Positions 1 through 10,165 are shown, counted from the stretch's first letter. The stretch is DNA of 64,000 bases from a bacterium (GCA_023249975.1 JAHFBP010000008.1:6011-70010), one strand, 5' to 3'. Notes: a model not told the origin generated them from the letters alone. Numbers and translations are program-made.

Positions 1-390
1 CGATGGATTTAAGAATGTCACAGCACTCGTTTTGATAATGGTTGAAAAAAATCCCATTTTATGGAGATACGAAGCTGAATCAACCTTATAGCTCGAATAC
101 AATGAATAGCCACCGATTCCCACAAGCATGAGTCCACCCAGAAGATAAACAGAAAGTAACAAAATGTTACTTGTTTGGATGATGGACAAAACTCCAATCA
201 ATCCCAATGAGAAAAACATCCCATCAGCAGCCGAAGCTCCCAATGCTGTTGCAAAACCGATGCGAAATCCATAATTAGCGGCACGATTGAACGTCATGAC
301 AAAAATGGGCCCTAATGCTGCAGCAGAAATAAGACCGATTACGAAAGCCTTAGCCAAAAATCCAAAATGTATCATCGAAAAAATCATCAT
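1..390 (-). CDS. LysE family translocator (3' part runs off the window)
   Basis: Hand translation from ATG at 390: MMIFSMIHFGFLAKAFVIGLISAAALGPIFVMTFNRAANYGFRIGFATALGASAADG, a LysE-type N-terminal pattern; not in the ORF track. Confidence 0.75.
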   Translation of the reverse strand, partial: MMIFSMIHFGFLAKAFVIGLISAAALGPIFVMTFNRAANYGFRIGFATALGASAADGMFFSLGLIGVLSIIQTSNILLLSVYLLGGLMLVGIGGYSLYSSYKVDSASYLHKMGFFSTIIKTSAVTFLNPS

Positions 391-490
391 ATGCCCCAAA
401 AAAGCCTTTATACTCCTTAAGTTTAGCATGCTTAACCATTTGACGGAAATGGTCTAGACTCTTTCCCTTCAATTGGCCTATGTAGATACC

Positions 491-540
491 ACCCTTCGAT
501 ACTATTTTTCTTACGGAAAAATCACTCAGGGCATGCGGGA
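491..540. repeat. Palindromic repeat family A, single arm directly upstream of glmM
   Basis: cccttcgatac-[hairpin]-cactcagggcatgcggg matches arms at ~1107-1151, ~2171-2216 and ~10019-10073. Confidence 0.85.
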
Positions 541-2063
541 TGAGAGAAATGAACAATCAACTTTCTTTTGGAACAGATGGAATTCGTGGAAAAGTGGGGA
601 TTTTTCCCTTTACTCCACATGATATGGAACGGCTGGGAGCTGCTCTTGGAGCCTGGCGTATGGGCAAAAAAGTTGATGAACCCTTTGTGATCATGATCGG
701 ATCAGACACTCGGGCCTCCTGCGAATTTATCAAAAAAGCACTCATTGCGGGGCTTTCTGGCACTCAAGTTCAGATTATTGATGTTGGTGTTGTGGCCATT
801 CCGGTGCTCCTTTGGGCTCTTAATAACGACGAAAAGGCAGATTGTGCCATTATGATTTCAGCCTCGCACAATCCGGCATCTGACAATGGAATCAAGATTT
901 TGGCACGAAAAACGGGGTCTATTTCCAGCTCCGATGAGCAATTGATTGCGCAGCATTTTGAATCTATAGCTAAGCACCCCCAAATTCACACCTTTTCTTT
1001 TTCAAAAAATAACCACCCATACCCCGCATGCCCTGAGTGTTTTGTGAGCCTTAACGAACAAAATGTATCGAAGGGTGAACGAGAAAAAATTACTCTTAAT
1101 GGCCAACCCTTCGATACATTTTGCGTTGCAAAACACTCAGGGAATGCGGGGGAGAGAATGGGACCTTTAGTTCCAGCTAATCCTCAAATCACCATCGACT
1201 CAACTGCAACAGAACGATACGAGCAGGCCCTACTGGCTCAATGCATCCCCAATTTTTTAGCAGGCAAAATCATCGCCCTGGATTGTGCCAATGGGTCATT
1301 AAGTACTTTTTCCCCCGCTTTTTTTGAAAAACTGGGCGCTCGCGTTGTTGCCACGGGAACTTGCCCTGACGGAAACAATATCAATGAACATTGTGGATCA
1401 ACACATCCGGAATCGATTATCAATCTTGTCAAACAGCACCATGCAGACATTGGATTTGCATTCGACGGTGACGGGGACCGCATTGTTGCCGTTAACCAAA
1501 ATGGCGACCTGAAGGACGGAGACGATATTTTGGCACTTTTGACTATCCATCCTGATTACGCGCAACAACCTGCCGTTGTGGCAACGGTGGTCAGCAACGA
1601 GGGGCTCAACGCTTTTGTTCAAAATAAAGGGATGGCTCTGGTTCGAGCCGGAGTAGGCGAAAAACACATCATCAAGCAACTGATCGAACTTGATCTGAAT
1701 CTGGGCGGAGAACCGTCTGGCCACATTATCATCAAATCTCACCTGGTCCGCTCCGATGGCCTTTTTGTGGCGCTGCAACTTTTGAAAATTGCACAATTGA
1801 CCAACAACTGGAACCTGAACAGTTTTGAAAAATATCCCTCAGTCAGCGTGAATTTCCATGTTACATCGCGCATTCCGCTGGAAAATGAGCCCCTGAAAAC
1901 TATTATCGCGGCTTATCAAGAACAGGTCCCGCATGGAACCATTGTTATCAGATACTCTGGAACTGAGCCACTTATGCGCATTGTGGTCCAAGACAAAAAT
2001 CTGCATCATGCCACACAAGTTGCCCAGGACATTGAAGCGTCACTCAAGAAAGTATTGAGCTGA
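540..2063 (+). CDS. glmM: Phosphoglucosamine mutase with ~55-60 aa in-frame repeat insertion (start may be ATG 549)
   Basis: FGTDGIRG, SASHNP catalytic serine, DGDGDR metal loop, GGEPSGH, RYSGTEP. Confidence 0.92.
   Translation: MREMNNQLSFGTDGIRGKVGIFPFTPHDMERLGAALGAWRMGKKVDEPFVIMIGSDTRASCEFIKKALIAGLSGTQVQIIDVGVVAIPVLLWALNNDEKADCAIMISASHNPASDNGIKILARKTGSISSSDEQLIAQHFESIAKHPQIHTFSFSKNNHPYPACPECFVSLNEQNVSKGEREKITLNGQPFDTFCVAKHSGNAGERMGPLVPANPQITIDSTATERYEQALLAQCIPNFLAGKIIALDCANGSLSTFSPAFFEKLGARVVATGTCPDGNNINEHCGSTHPESIINLVKQHHADIGFAFDGDGDRIVAVNQNGDLKDGDDILALLTIHPDYAQQPAVVATVVSNEGLNAFVQNKGMALVRAGVGEKHIIKQLIELDLNLGGEPSGHIIIKSHLVRSDGLFVALQLLKIAQLTNNWNLNSFEKYPSVSVNFHVTSRIPLENEPLKTIIAAYQEQVPHGTIVIRYSGTEPLMRIVVQDKNLHHATQVAQDIEASLKKVLS
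1022..1151. repeat. Palindromic repeat family A, inverted dimer inside the glmM coding sequence
   Basis: Outer IR ccccgcatgccctgagtgttttg / caaaacactcagggaatgcgggg; inner IR caaaatgtatcgaagggt / acccttcgatacattttg. Confidence 0.92.
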
Positions 2064-2109
2064 TCTGGCCCTGCTTGTTAGGATAAGCACATTAATCTTA
2101 AAATTTCTG

Positions 2110-2230
2110 CCCACAGCCCACATTCCCTGCCTGTCGGCCATAGCGAAGGGTCCGCACACTACAAATTCAAACCCTTCGATACATTTTGTTTCACAAAACA
2201 CTGAGGGAATGCGGGTCGTGGTTATATATT
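2110..2230. repeat. Family A element whose left arm is interrupted by a family B (cctgtcNgcc...gaagg) element
   Basis: cccacattccctg|cctgtcggccatagcgaagg|...cccttcgatacattttg...cactgagggaatgcggg. Confidence 0.8.
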
Positions 2231-2266
2231 TTCAAGAATCGAGGAATATAAAACCGGAGGAAGCTC

Positions 2267-3445
2267 ATGGAAAAATCATACCGCATCATATTTGCACTTG
2301 GATGCATGATCATGCTGCAACAAGCCGCACAAGCTGAAATCTCGTTGGGCACAACTTCATCACGGCAACAAACATCGCTTGCCCTGGGGAGAATCTGCGT
2401 TTTTGAAACCAATTCCAAAATCCCCTATGTCGAAGTTTTCCTGCCCGACCGGTGTGCATATTCCAAAGTAGAGTGCTCACATCATGTTGAGCAATTAACT
2501 CCTACGCGCTGTACTCGGCTCAACTTAGGCGCGAACACCATCCAACGGATACAGCACACAACATCAAAAATTCCCCTTCTCGGTCGAATTAATTTACTCC
2601 TTTGGAATTCATCAAAATATGACGGGACGCTTTTGGCTGATGAATACCACCAAGGCTTGCCCATGTGGTGGCGATTACGCAATGCCAAAGATGCACATGA
2701 ATTGATTACCTACTTGCGCAAAGAATTTCAAACCGATGGATTAATCCCTTTGTCAGAAAAAGTTTTTTTATATATCTCTTTTTCTCATCCGAATGAAAAA
2801 CTTTTGGATGAAGATACTGAATTTTTGAATAATTATTTTACCTTAATCGATTCCAATCAAAACAACATTGTTGCTGCATTTATCCAAAATAACAATGCCA
2901 TGCTACGCGAAATTCGTGATTCAGAAAACTGCAACCCTGTCCCCGTCAATGAAACGCTCCTGGAACGCGCACTCCGTATTCTTGAAAAAACAATCAACAA
3001 ACTCGAATCACGCGATATTACCATTATCATCATCGCAGCCATGGCAATTTATGCCGTCAAAGTATTTCAAGAAACCCCCGGAAGCAAACCTTTCACGGGG
3101 ACTTTTGAACAACAACTTGAACAAAAACTTACACAGCACTTTAGCCGCTCACGCCAAGGAAGCAAGCCTTCTTCAGCATGCTCTGATGAAGACGACTCCC
3201 CAATGTCTCCTTTTCGAGCATCCAGCCCCGTGACAGAAACCCCAGCACCCAAACCCCTTCAGGCCCCCCGACCAGCACTTTCTCGATCAGGCTCAATGCC
3301 TCATGCTGGCCCTGCTCGAAGATCATCACTGGAAGCCCAAACAGAATCTTCTTCTCGCAGAACAGCATCACCAACGGCTACTCACCGTCGCGGTCCACTT
3401 GTAGCCCCACAACATAGCTCACCCAATCCCATGGGAAAAAAGTAA
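2267..3445 (+). CDS. Hypothetical exported protein with a TM segment and Ser/Pro/Arg-rich disordered tail
   Basis: 392-aa ORF, GGAGG RBS, signal-like N-terminus (ALGCMIMLQQAAQA), hydrophobic ITIIIIAAMAIYAV, low-complexity C-terminus. Confidence 0.7.
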   Translation: MEKSYRIIFALGCMIMLQQAAQAEISLGTTSSRQQTSLALGRICVFETNSKIPYVEVFLPDRCAYSKVECSHHVEQLTPTRCTRLNLGANTIQRIQHTTSKIPLLGRINLLLWNSSKYDGTLLADEYHQGLPMWWRLRNAKDAHELITYLRKEFQTDGLIPLSEKVFLYISFSHPNEKLLDEDTEFLNNYFTLIDSNQNNIVAAFIQNNNAMLREIRDSENCNPVPVNETLLERALRILEKTINKLESRDITIIIIAAMAIYAVKVFQETPGSKPFTGTFEQQLEQKLTQHFSRSRQGSKPSSACSDEDDSPMSPFRASSPVTETPAPKPLQAPRPALSRSGSMPHAGPARRSSLEAQTESSSRRTASPTATHRRGPLVAPQHSSPNPMGKK

Positions 3446-3451
3446 CGCTCA

Positions 3452-5149
3452 TTAGGCCCCAGCAGAAAGTAATCCGGTCTCAACCATTTCAACTAATGCT
3501 GACTTTTTATATTTAAAAATAGAGGCAAGCCGATGCTCATCACTCATGATCGTGTCCAAAGCAAATACGGACAACAAATCGTCCTCAAACTTCATGGTAA
3601 CAAAACCTGAATCCAAGCTCTTGGTCACCGATTGGCGCAGTTGCTCGAGCGTGGCAACTTTTTGACCATTAATTTCGTCAAGAATAAACCCTGGTTGAAC
3701 CGTTCCGCGAAGCCGATGAGCTGGTGATGAAGGCAGAACATGCGTAACGACCACCGCAGGCTTATATTGATTATCGATGGAGGCGTAGCGCAACAAAGCT
3801 GGAATTTTTTCAGCCATGATGCAAATGTGATTGAGGGTCAAATTCATGAATACAATACCCCCAAAAACTTCATAATCAATTTCTTCATACCCCGGGAACA
3901 TCAGACGAATGGGAAGCATTGATCGCGGCTCGAGCTTGAATGAAAAATTCTTTTTGGCACCTTGACGATAAACCACCAAATCAACAGAATCCCCAACCGT
4001 TTTACGATTGAGCAAATCAAAAAATGCGACTTTTTCATCATTCCACGAAACGGTAACATCACCGTAAAAATCAACTTTGTGGCCATTAATTTGATACAAA
4101 ACATCGCCCGACTTGATGCCAATTTTTTCAAACAAGGTGTCTTTCATAACCCGAGAAATATAATATCCGCCGTCATCTGGATGCTGCAAATAGCATGACA
4201 TGTCATAACTTGACGGCCAAAAAACACCACCCAATTTGGGTTTGCGTAAAAACTTAACTTTATACAAATCAGACAATGCATTTTTCAGATCATTAATCGG
4301 AATAACAAATCCGACATTTTGCGCCATTTGGATGCCCGCAAAATTAACCCCAATGACCTGCCCTTCTTCATTAAAGCACGGCCCACCTGAACTGCCCGGA
4401 TTGATTGGTGCTGTCATCTGAAAGCACAATTGATTGTCCAAAAGCTTGGTGCGCTCAATGCCGCTGACAATCCCTTGCGACCCCTTCATGTGGCTCATTC
4501 CTAGCGGATATCCCAATGCCAAAATTTCCTCTCCGCGAGAAATAGCATCAGAATCGCCCAGTGTCACAAAAGGAATGGTTCCATAAATTTGCTGCAATTC
4601 TTGTCGTGCATCATCAGTCAACGCAAGCAGTGCCAAATCACGCTCGGGACTAACCCCAATGATAACCGCATCATAGCGCGATTGACCTTGAGTTGGCATT
4701 TGAATTTGAACATTTTTAGAATGTCCGACGACATGATAATTGGTAACAAAATCACCACGATTATTGATGAAAAACCCACTTCCCGTTGCTTCATTATAAT
4801 CAGGAGTTCGATAAGGTTCGATCCAATTGAATTCAGAAATAGTAGCGTAAACTTGAATGACGGCATCTTTGTTTTTGCGCTGTAATTCTACCCATTTTTT
4901 GGATGATGCCAGCGAAACTTGTGTCAACACAGCAGCACTCGGATTTTGCATTTGAGCACATGTTGATGACATGCACGTCGATAAATTTTGTGGCGATTTT
5001 TGCAAAGACACAAGTGTTGACGACACTTGTTGATATAAATAACTTATTTTTTCATCCATCATGCGATGGTATAACGTAAATCCGTAAAAGCCCCCAGAAA
5101 CTAAAGCAGCACCAAGGCACAAGCTGAGCAGTCCGTCGGTAAAACGCAT
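3452..5149 (-). CDS. HtrA/Deg-type trypsin-like serine protease with PDZ domains, N-terminal anchor
   Basis: GSGF, TNYHVV (His), DLALL (Asp), INPGSSGGP (Ser); C-terminal PDZ-like segments. Confidence 0.9.
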   Translation of the reverse strand: MRFTDGLLSLCLGAALVSGGFYGFTLYHRMMDEKISYLYQQVSSTLVSLQKSPQNLSTCMSSTCAQMQNPSAAVLTQVSLASSKKWVELQRKNKDAVIQVYATISEFNWIEPYRTPDYNEATGSGFFINNRGDFVTNYHVVGHSKNVQIQMPTQGQSRYDAVIIGVSPERDLALLALTDDARQELQQIYGTIPFVTLGDSDAISRGEEILALGYPLGMSHMKGSQGIVSGIERTKLLDNQLCFQMTAPINPGSSGGPCFNEEGQVIGVNFAGIQMAQNVGFVIPINDLKNALSDLYKVKFLRKPKLGGVFWPSSYDMSCYLQHPDDGGYYISRVMKDTLFEKIGIKSGDVLYQINGHKVDFYGDVTVSWNDEKVAFFDLLNRKTVGDSVDLVVYRQGAKKNFSFKLEPRSMLPIRLMFPGYEEIDYEVFGGIVFMNLTLNHICIMAEKIPALLRYASIDNQYKPAVVVTHVLPSSPAHRLRGTVQPGFILDEINGQKVATLEQLRQSVTKSLDSGFVTMKFEDDLLSVFALDTIMSDEHRLASIFKYKKSALVEMVETGLLSAGA

Positions 5150-5187
5150 GGAGGCTCCTTTACGAAAAATATATTTTGAGCTGGTAG

Positions 5188-5676
5188 TTACTTTGCCACG
5201 CTTACCTTGGCATAGCGGATAACCTGATTTTTAAACTGGTAGCCCTTTTCAAGCACCTGAATGATTTGGCCAGGAACATACTGATCATCCTCAACCTGCA
5301 TCAAAGCTTCGTGCAATTCAGGGTCAAATGAGCCAGAACAGTCAATTTCGGTCACACCCAAGTCGACAAATGCTTTTTTAACATTTTTATTGATCAGAGC
5401 AAAGCCTTCCAGCCAAACAGCATCTGATCCTGTGATTTTTGATTCCGCTTGTTCAACAGCTCGATCAAGTTCGGGTAAGAACTGAATAAGTGATTTGATC
5501 ACACTTACTTGTGAATAGACTGACCACTCAGCACGCTCTTTTTCCACGCGACGTTGATAGTTGCTCAAATCAGCCGTAGCCCTCATCAATTGAGCCTTGC
5601 AGGCAGACAATTGGCTTTCTTCTTGGTCTTGTAAATCAAGCTCTTCGTTCATGTTGTTATATTCGTTTGATTCCAT
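5188..5676 (-). CDS. grpE: Nucleotide exchange factor GrpE
   Basis: RATADLSNYQRR, FDPELHEAL, KGYQ...IRYAKVSV. Confidence 0.95.
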   Translation of the reverse strand: MESNEYNNMNEELDLQDQEESQLSACKAQLMRATADLSNYQRRVEKERAEWSVYSQVSVIKSLIQFLPELDRAVEQAESKITGSDAVWLEGFALINKNVKKAFVDLGVTEIDCSGSFDPELHEALMQVEDDQYVPGQIIQVLEKGYQFKNQVIRYAKVSVAK

Positions 5677-5916
5677 AAAAATCCTATTTTTGTATCTATA
5701 AACTGATGCGCAAATCTTACCATAAAATGAATGGCTTGAAAAACCCCGTCAAAATCAGAATTTTATCTCATAGATCTGAATTATATTCAAAATCACTCAA
5801 CTTTGAAAAAACTCACATAAAACCTGACAATTTTTGCAACTTGCTGTACCCTAAAAAACAGAAGAGCGTTTTAAATTATACGCTGATTTTCTCTGGATAT
5901 TCCTGAACAACGGGGA

Positions 5917-6879
5917 GTGACCATGCTTTCGATTTTGCTATGCTACGTGTGCTTTGCAACCGCAATCGTCGCAAACAAGGCGCTTTTGAGTGTAATTCCC
6001 CTCACCATATTGGTGGGCTTGCGCATGTTTGTAGCAGGCATTGCTCTTATCTATATGGAGCGAAAGCGTCACTTCAAGGCTGGACTGACCCGATTTAAAC
6101 AAGACTGGCACGTTCTGGTCGCTATTATTTTGTTCACCACCCTTGCTCCGGCCCTCTTTAAGGCCTACGGATTGAAATACATGATTTCAGCCAAAGCAAG
6201 CTTTATTAGCAGCATTGATCCCTTTGTAACAGCCATATACGCCTATTTTTTGTACAGTGAACGCCTGTCCTGGCAAAAATTCTTTGGTTTATGTATTGGA
6301 ATCACGGGAACCATGATTTTGATTAGTTCAACCACGCCGGTTGAACAAACCCTTAAAGCATTTAGTATTTTTTCATATCCTGAGCTTGCCACTCTCGCTT
6401 CAGTGTGCATCGGCCGCTTGGGCTGGATCAATGTTCAGCAACAAGTCCGCTCAAACCGCTACACCCCACGTGAAATCAATGGACTCATTATGCTTGGAGC
6501 TGGCTCGATCTCGCTTTTAGCTGCCGTTTATTATCAAGAATCATTTGCCTCACTCTTGGCACTATCTCCGCTTAACATGGGGCTTTTGGCCTACTCAATT
6601 ATTGTTGGCAACATGTTTGCCTATACCTTCTTGACCTACATGCTCAAAAAACACTCAGCAACGCTCATGTCACTTGCCGGAATGAGTGTTCCCATTATGG
6701 TTTCCGTACTTGGGTACACCTGCTTGGGCGAAGTTCCCACCTGGCACGTCATTGTAGCCGGAGCTTTGGTACTCATAGGATTGGTAATATTCAATCAAGA
6801 GGTCCTTGAAGCCAAACCGATGTATGGCCCTAGAGAAGAAGCAACACCTTTGTACGCGCAATCAAAAAAACATTTTTGA
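5917..6879 (+). CDS. EamA/DMT family transporter
   Basis: About 10 hydrophobic segments in two repeats; PFVTAIYAYFLYSE and LGYTCLGE motifs. Confidence 0.88.
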   Translation: MTMLSILLCYVCFATAIVANKALLSVIPLTILVGLRMFVAGIALIYMERKRHFKAGLTRFKQDWHVLVAIILFTTLAPALFKAYGLKYMISAKASFISSIDPFVTAIYAYFLYSERLSWQKFFGLCIGITGTMILISSTTPVEQTLKAFSIFSYPELATLASVCIGRLGWINVQQQVRSNRYTPREINGLIMLGAGSISLLAAVYYQESFASLLALSPLNMGLLAYSIIVGNMFAYTFLTYMLKKHSATLMSLAGMSVPIMVSVLGYTCLGEVPTWHVIVAGALVLIGLVIFNQEVLEAKPMYGPREEATPLYAQSKKHF

Positions 6880-6961
6880 TTGTTGTATTTGGTGCTACAC
6901 TTACGCGAAAATGTATACATAAATACTGATTTATAACCTCACAACGTAATCAAAAAACATC

Positions 6962-7519
6962 ATGAAAAAATATATATTGGCTGCCCTGAGTTCGCTCTGT
7001 TCTCTCTGTTTTGCTGGACACCTCGACAACATTAAATCACCAAAACCCCTTGGTATTAATCTGGCAACCTGCCCCATTTCATATGGACAGATCCCCACGG
7101 CGTTGCCAAAAGATTGCCTTGAGGAAGACCTTGATCACAACCTATCACGCTTTTTGATATATTCATGCGATGCCGATTACCAAAACAGCTCAGATCTTAA
7201 AAAAAGAATGCTCAAAACAAATTTATACATCATGTGGAGCCGTGCCGCGCAAGCAACTTCGCGTAATTCTGATGAAATGACTGACATGGTTAAACGTAGA
7301 CTTCAAAACATTGTTTATATTACCACCGTCGGGCGGTTCAGCTATTTCATGAAAGAACGAGCGAAAATGGCAAACCCTGAATTGGTCAGTAAAGAATCTG
7401 CAGCTGCCCTGTGGGAAGACTTGCACGGCATGTATACAACCATCATCAAGCAGGCACAGGGCGACCTTCTGGTTGATTTACATGCTCAACAAATTTTTAA
7501 TCTCATTCCGATTGAGTAA
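6962..7519 (+). CDS. Hypothetical exported protein
   Basis: 185-aa ORF with MKKYILAALSSLCSLCFA signal peptide. Confidence 0.65.
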   Translation: MKKYILAALSSLCSLCFAGHLDNIKSPKPLGINLATCPISYGQIPTALPKDCLEEDLDHNLSRFLIYSCDADYQNSSDLKKRMLKTNLYIMWSRAAQATSRNSDEMTDMVKRRLQNIVYITTVGRFSYFMKERAKMANPELVSKESAAALWEDLHGMYTTIIKQAQGDLLVDLHAQQIFNLIPIE

Positions 7520-8215
7520 TCGACTTTCCCCGCGCTTGAGATTACCATACGTCAACTCGGCAAACTCAGTCCGGTCTAAATGGACAACGGTGTATCCCAG
7601 GTGATCAAACATACGGCGTATGATGCGGTTGCGGCCGCTGTGAAGTGTGACGTCGACGATGTTCCTATTCGCGGGATGTAAGAGCCCTTCAACACCCCCC
7701 ACAGCTACAAAGCTCAGTGCATCAAAATGAATGGGCCCGTCGAACAATTCAATCCCCTGCAATAATTTTTGTGCATCTCTTTGGGTCAAATTGCGATCAA
7801 GAGTTGCCCGATATTTTTTGATAATCTCAAATTTTGGATGAGTTAATTTGTAAGCCAGTGCACCGTCATTGGTCAAAAGCAGCGTCCCTGTGGTGTCCAA
7901 ATCCAGCCGCCCAACGGGAAAAAGTCGACTCCCCGCCCCAATCAAATCAGTCACAACCCTACCACCGCGTTCATCCGAAACAGCTGTCAAATAACCCTCA
8001 GGTTTATTCAAAAGCACATATTCAAACTCTTCAATCTTCAAAAGAACGCCGTCAACGCGCACTTGGTCATCAGGCTGCACGCGATATGCCGGATTGGATT
8101 CCACGCAGCCATTGACCTGCACAAGGCCAGCTTTAACCATTTCTATCGCTTTGCGGCGTGAACAGAGACCCGATTGGGCACAAAAATGGGCAAGTGTTGG
8201 TAATTTTTCGTGCAT
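7478..8215 (-). CDS. rRNA pseudouridine synthase, RsuA/RluB family
   Basis: S4 domain (GLCSRRKA), LNKPEG, VGRLD catalytic motif, GRNRIIRRM. Confidence 0.93.
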   Translation of the reverse strand: MHEKLPTLAHFCAQSGLCSRRKAIEMVKAGLVQVNGCVESNPAYRVQPDDQVRVDGVLLKIEEFEYVLLNKPEGYLTAVSDERGGRVVTDLIGAGSRLFPVGRLDLDTTGTLLLTNDGALAYKLTHPKFEIIKKYRATLDRNLTQRDAQKLLQGIELFDGPIHFDALSFVAVGGVEGLLHPANRNIVDVTLHSGRNRIIRRMFDHLGYTVVHLDRTEFAELTYGNLKRGESRLLNRNEIKNLLSM

Positions 8216-8377
8216 ACATTCTATTTCATAAAAAAAGTAAATTAAAATCAGGACTTTTTCTCCATCCCACTAGGAAGTTAACATGGAAACACTCGGAAGG
8301 CAAAATGCATCCAAGTTCATCTTTTATACCCAAAACCTTGAATCTATGACCCAAATATCGCCATATTCTAATTTGAG

Positions 8378-8926
8378 TTGTTTTTCCCCAAAATCCAAGA
8401 GTGCTGCATGAATATCCTCAGAAAAATTAAAATAATTGGAGTTGTGTTATTACTCATCCCACTCGCGGTCAAAAAGGGCAGCCTTCAGGCAAGCCAAAAC
8501 ACCGACCCTTTGGCTGAATATGAACAAAAAGAAGCTTTTGGAGAAAACCCTGAATCACCTCAACCTGAATTGAGCCCAACCGAAACTGGTTCCGAACCGT
8601 CCAATTTTGCCAAAACACGCAGATATATTCGCGAAAACCCCGGAGAAATAGCAGGAATTGCGGGAACTTTGGGTGCCACGGGTGCGGCAGTTTGGTATAA
8701 TGATCGGCTTAAAAAACAACAAAAAGCCAAAGTAAAGCAACAAACCGATTCAGCTATTGAAAAGATAAAGACCATATTAAATGGCTTTGATGATAGTGAA
8801 AAAATTGTGATGGCCAAACATAATGTGACTTTATTAATTCAAGCAAATGCACTAATTGCTGCACTGGAAACACCAGCTACGACAGATGACGGTGACGAAA
8901 GCAATGGGAGTAGTGATGATGAATAA
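8378..8926 (+). CDS. Hypothetical exported protein with Gly/Ala-rich hydrophobic helix (start probably ATG 8408)
   Basis: Signal-like N-terminus; ENPGEIAGIAGTLGATGAAVWY followed by a basic patch resembles the motif in the 10166 ORF. Confidence 0.65.
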   Translation: MFFPKIQECCMNILRKIKIIGVVLLLIPLAVKKGSLQASQNTDPLAEYEQKEAFGENPESPQPELSPTETGSEPSNFAKTRRYIRENPGEIAGIAGTLGATGAAVWYNDRLKKQQKAKVKQQTDSAIEKIKTILNGFDDSEKIVMAKHNVTLLIQANALIAALETPATTDDGDESNGSSDDE

Positions 8927-9482
8927 AAAATTCATATTTTTGAGCGGTTTTTTGTTCTTTTTACCCCTTGCCGTGTCGCCATTTAATACCGATGAAATTG
9001 CACGAATTACGACTGCACTCAACCACAACACAGGAACTGTGTATCAAACAGAGGTGGTGGAAAAAATTATTGCCCAATTACGCAAGAAGAAAGAGGACAC
9101 AAGCGCCGTAACAGCCATGTATCAACTTATTCATGCAAATCAAGATGGATTTGAGGCGTTAATGGAGATTATCAATACATCATGGAATAAGGACTGGAAG
9201 CGCTGCTGTAATGAACTAGCTCAATTTCGCACTGAAAAAGCCATAATTTCAGTCGACCAGAAAATCACCCAATTGCGCGAACAAGCCGAAATCCTCATGA
9301 ATTTGCACCCCAAAAATAAGAAAATCCGAGAATTGATCGGGATAATTGCTCAGCTGGAGACCTCCCAAGAGGAGGCCTTGCCTTCGGGGCGAATTCGCCG
9401 TGCCGCCCAATATATAGGAAGCCTGCCCGGAAGAGCTCGCGAGGGGCTGCAGAGGGTAAAACGCTTTTTTAATAGAAGTTAA
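8856..9482 (+). CDS. Hypothetical exported helical protein (start probably MMNKKF near 8916)
   Basis: MNKKFIFLSGFLFFLPLAVS signal peptide; basic amphipathic C-terminus. Confidence 0.65.
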   Translation: MLHWKHQLRQMTVTKAMGVVMMNKKFIFLSGFLFFLPLAVSPFNTDEIARITTALNHNTGTVYQTEVVEKIIAQLRKKKEDTSAVTAMYQLIHANQDGFEALMEIINTSWNKDWKRCCNELAQFRTEKAIISVDQKITQLREQAEILMNLHPKNKKIRELIGIIAQLETSQEEALPSGRIRRAAQYIGSLPGRAREGLQRVKRFFNRS

Positions 9483-9495
9483 GAAGGTCCGCAAG

Positions 9496-9891
9496 GGGGC
9501 TTATTAGGCCGCGGTTAACTTCCATTTTCAAAACTTATTCGCCCCAGAGTGGGCGGGCTAAGACAAGAGGGTTGGTTGCACCCCTAACCCCCCCCCCATT
9601 CCGCTCAAAACGAGCGAACCGAAGACAATAAGCCCGGCAGAACAAAGACAAGCCGCGCCCATAAATTAGAGGGTTGGTATTATTTTCGGAGCCACGGGTC
9701 CGCTTGAGCACTGGCTCAAGTGGGTGGTGGAGAAGCCAAGAATCCAGCGGGTACTCAGGGCGGCAGCCATGAGTTGCCAGATTGTTAAGAGGGCGCAATG
9801 GCCCTCTTAACGTTGGTACGCCCTTTTTGGGCGTTTCTTAAGGGCCTCGTGCCCAACGAACCCCTTAAACATAACCTTATTTGGCTTGTCC
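9496..9891. ncRNA. Candidate structured non-coding region (ncRNA or composite palindromic element)
   Basis: GC-rich intergenic tract with at least 7 local hairpins and two long-range closing stems (gggcttatt/aataagccc; gacaagcc/ggcttgtc). Confidence 0.45.
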
Positions 9892-9920
9892 GAAAACTCA
9901 ATAACTTTAAAAACAACAAA

Positions 9921-10088
9921 AATATCCACCTACACCCCGCATGCCCTGAGTGTTTTTCATAGAAAAATGTATCGAAGGGTGAACGACGTAAAATTAAAGC
10001 TAAAAATTTACAGCAGCGACCCTTCGATACATTTTGTTCGATAAAATCTCACAAAACACTCAGGGCATGCGGGAGGTGGGTGAATATA
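9921..10088. repeat. Palindromic repeat family A, full inverted dimer
   Basis: aatatccacctacaccccgcatgccctgagtg...tatcgaagggt...cccttcgatac...cactcagggcatgcgggaggtgggtgaatat. Confidence 0.92.
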
Positions 10089-10165
10089 ATTTTTTAAAAA
10101 AGTATAAATTTAAAAACTCAACAGAACCTAAAAATGATTAATTTCAGAACAAAATATAAAAATCA

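Noticed and set aside
350-556. 68-aa minus-strand ORF
   Set aside because: It overlaps the repeat, the glmM start and the LysE start in another frame.
9535-9798. 87-aa ORF
   Set aside because: It runs through hairpin-rich GC sequence with no recognisable motif; probably spurious.
9481-9900. RNase P RNA or tmRNA
   Set aside because: No GAGGAAAGUCC / CAGAACCCGGCUUA motifs and no tRNA-like ends found on either strand.
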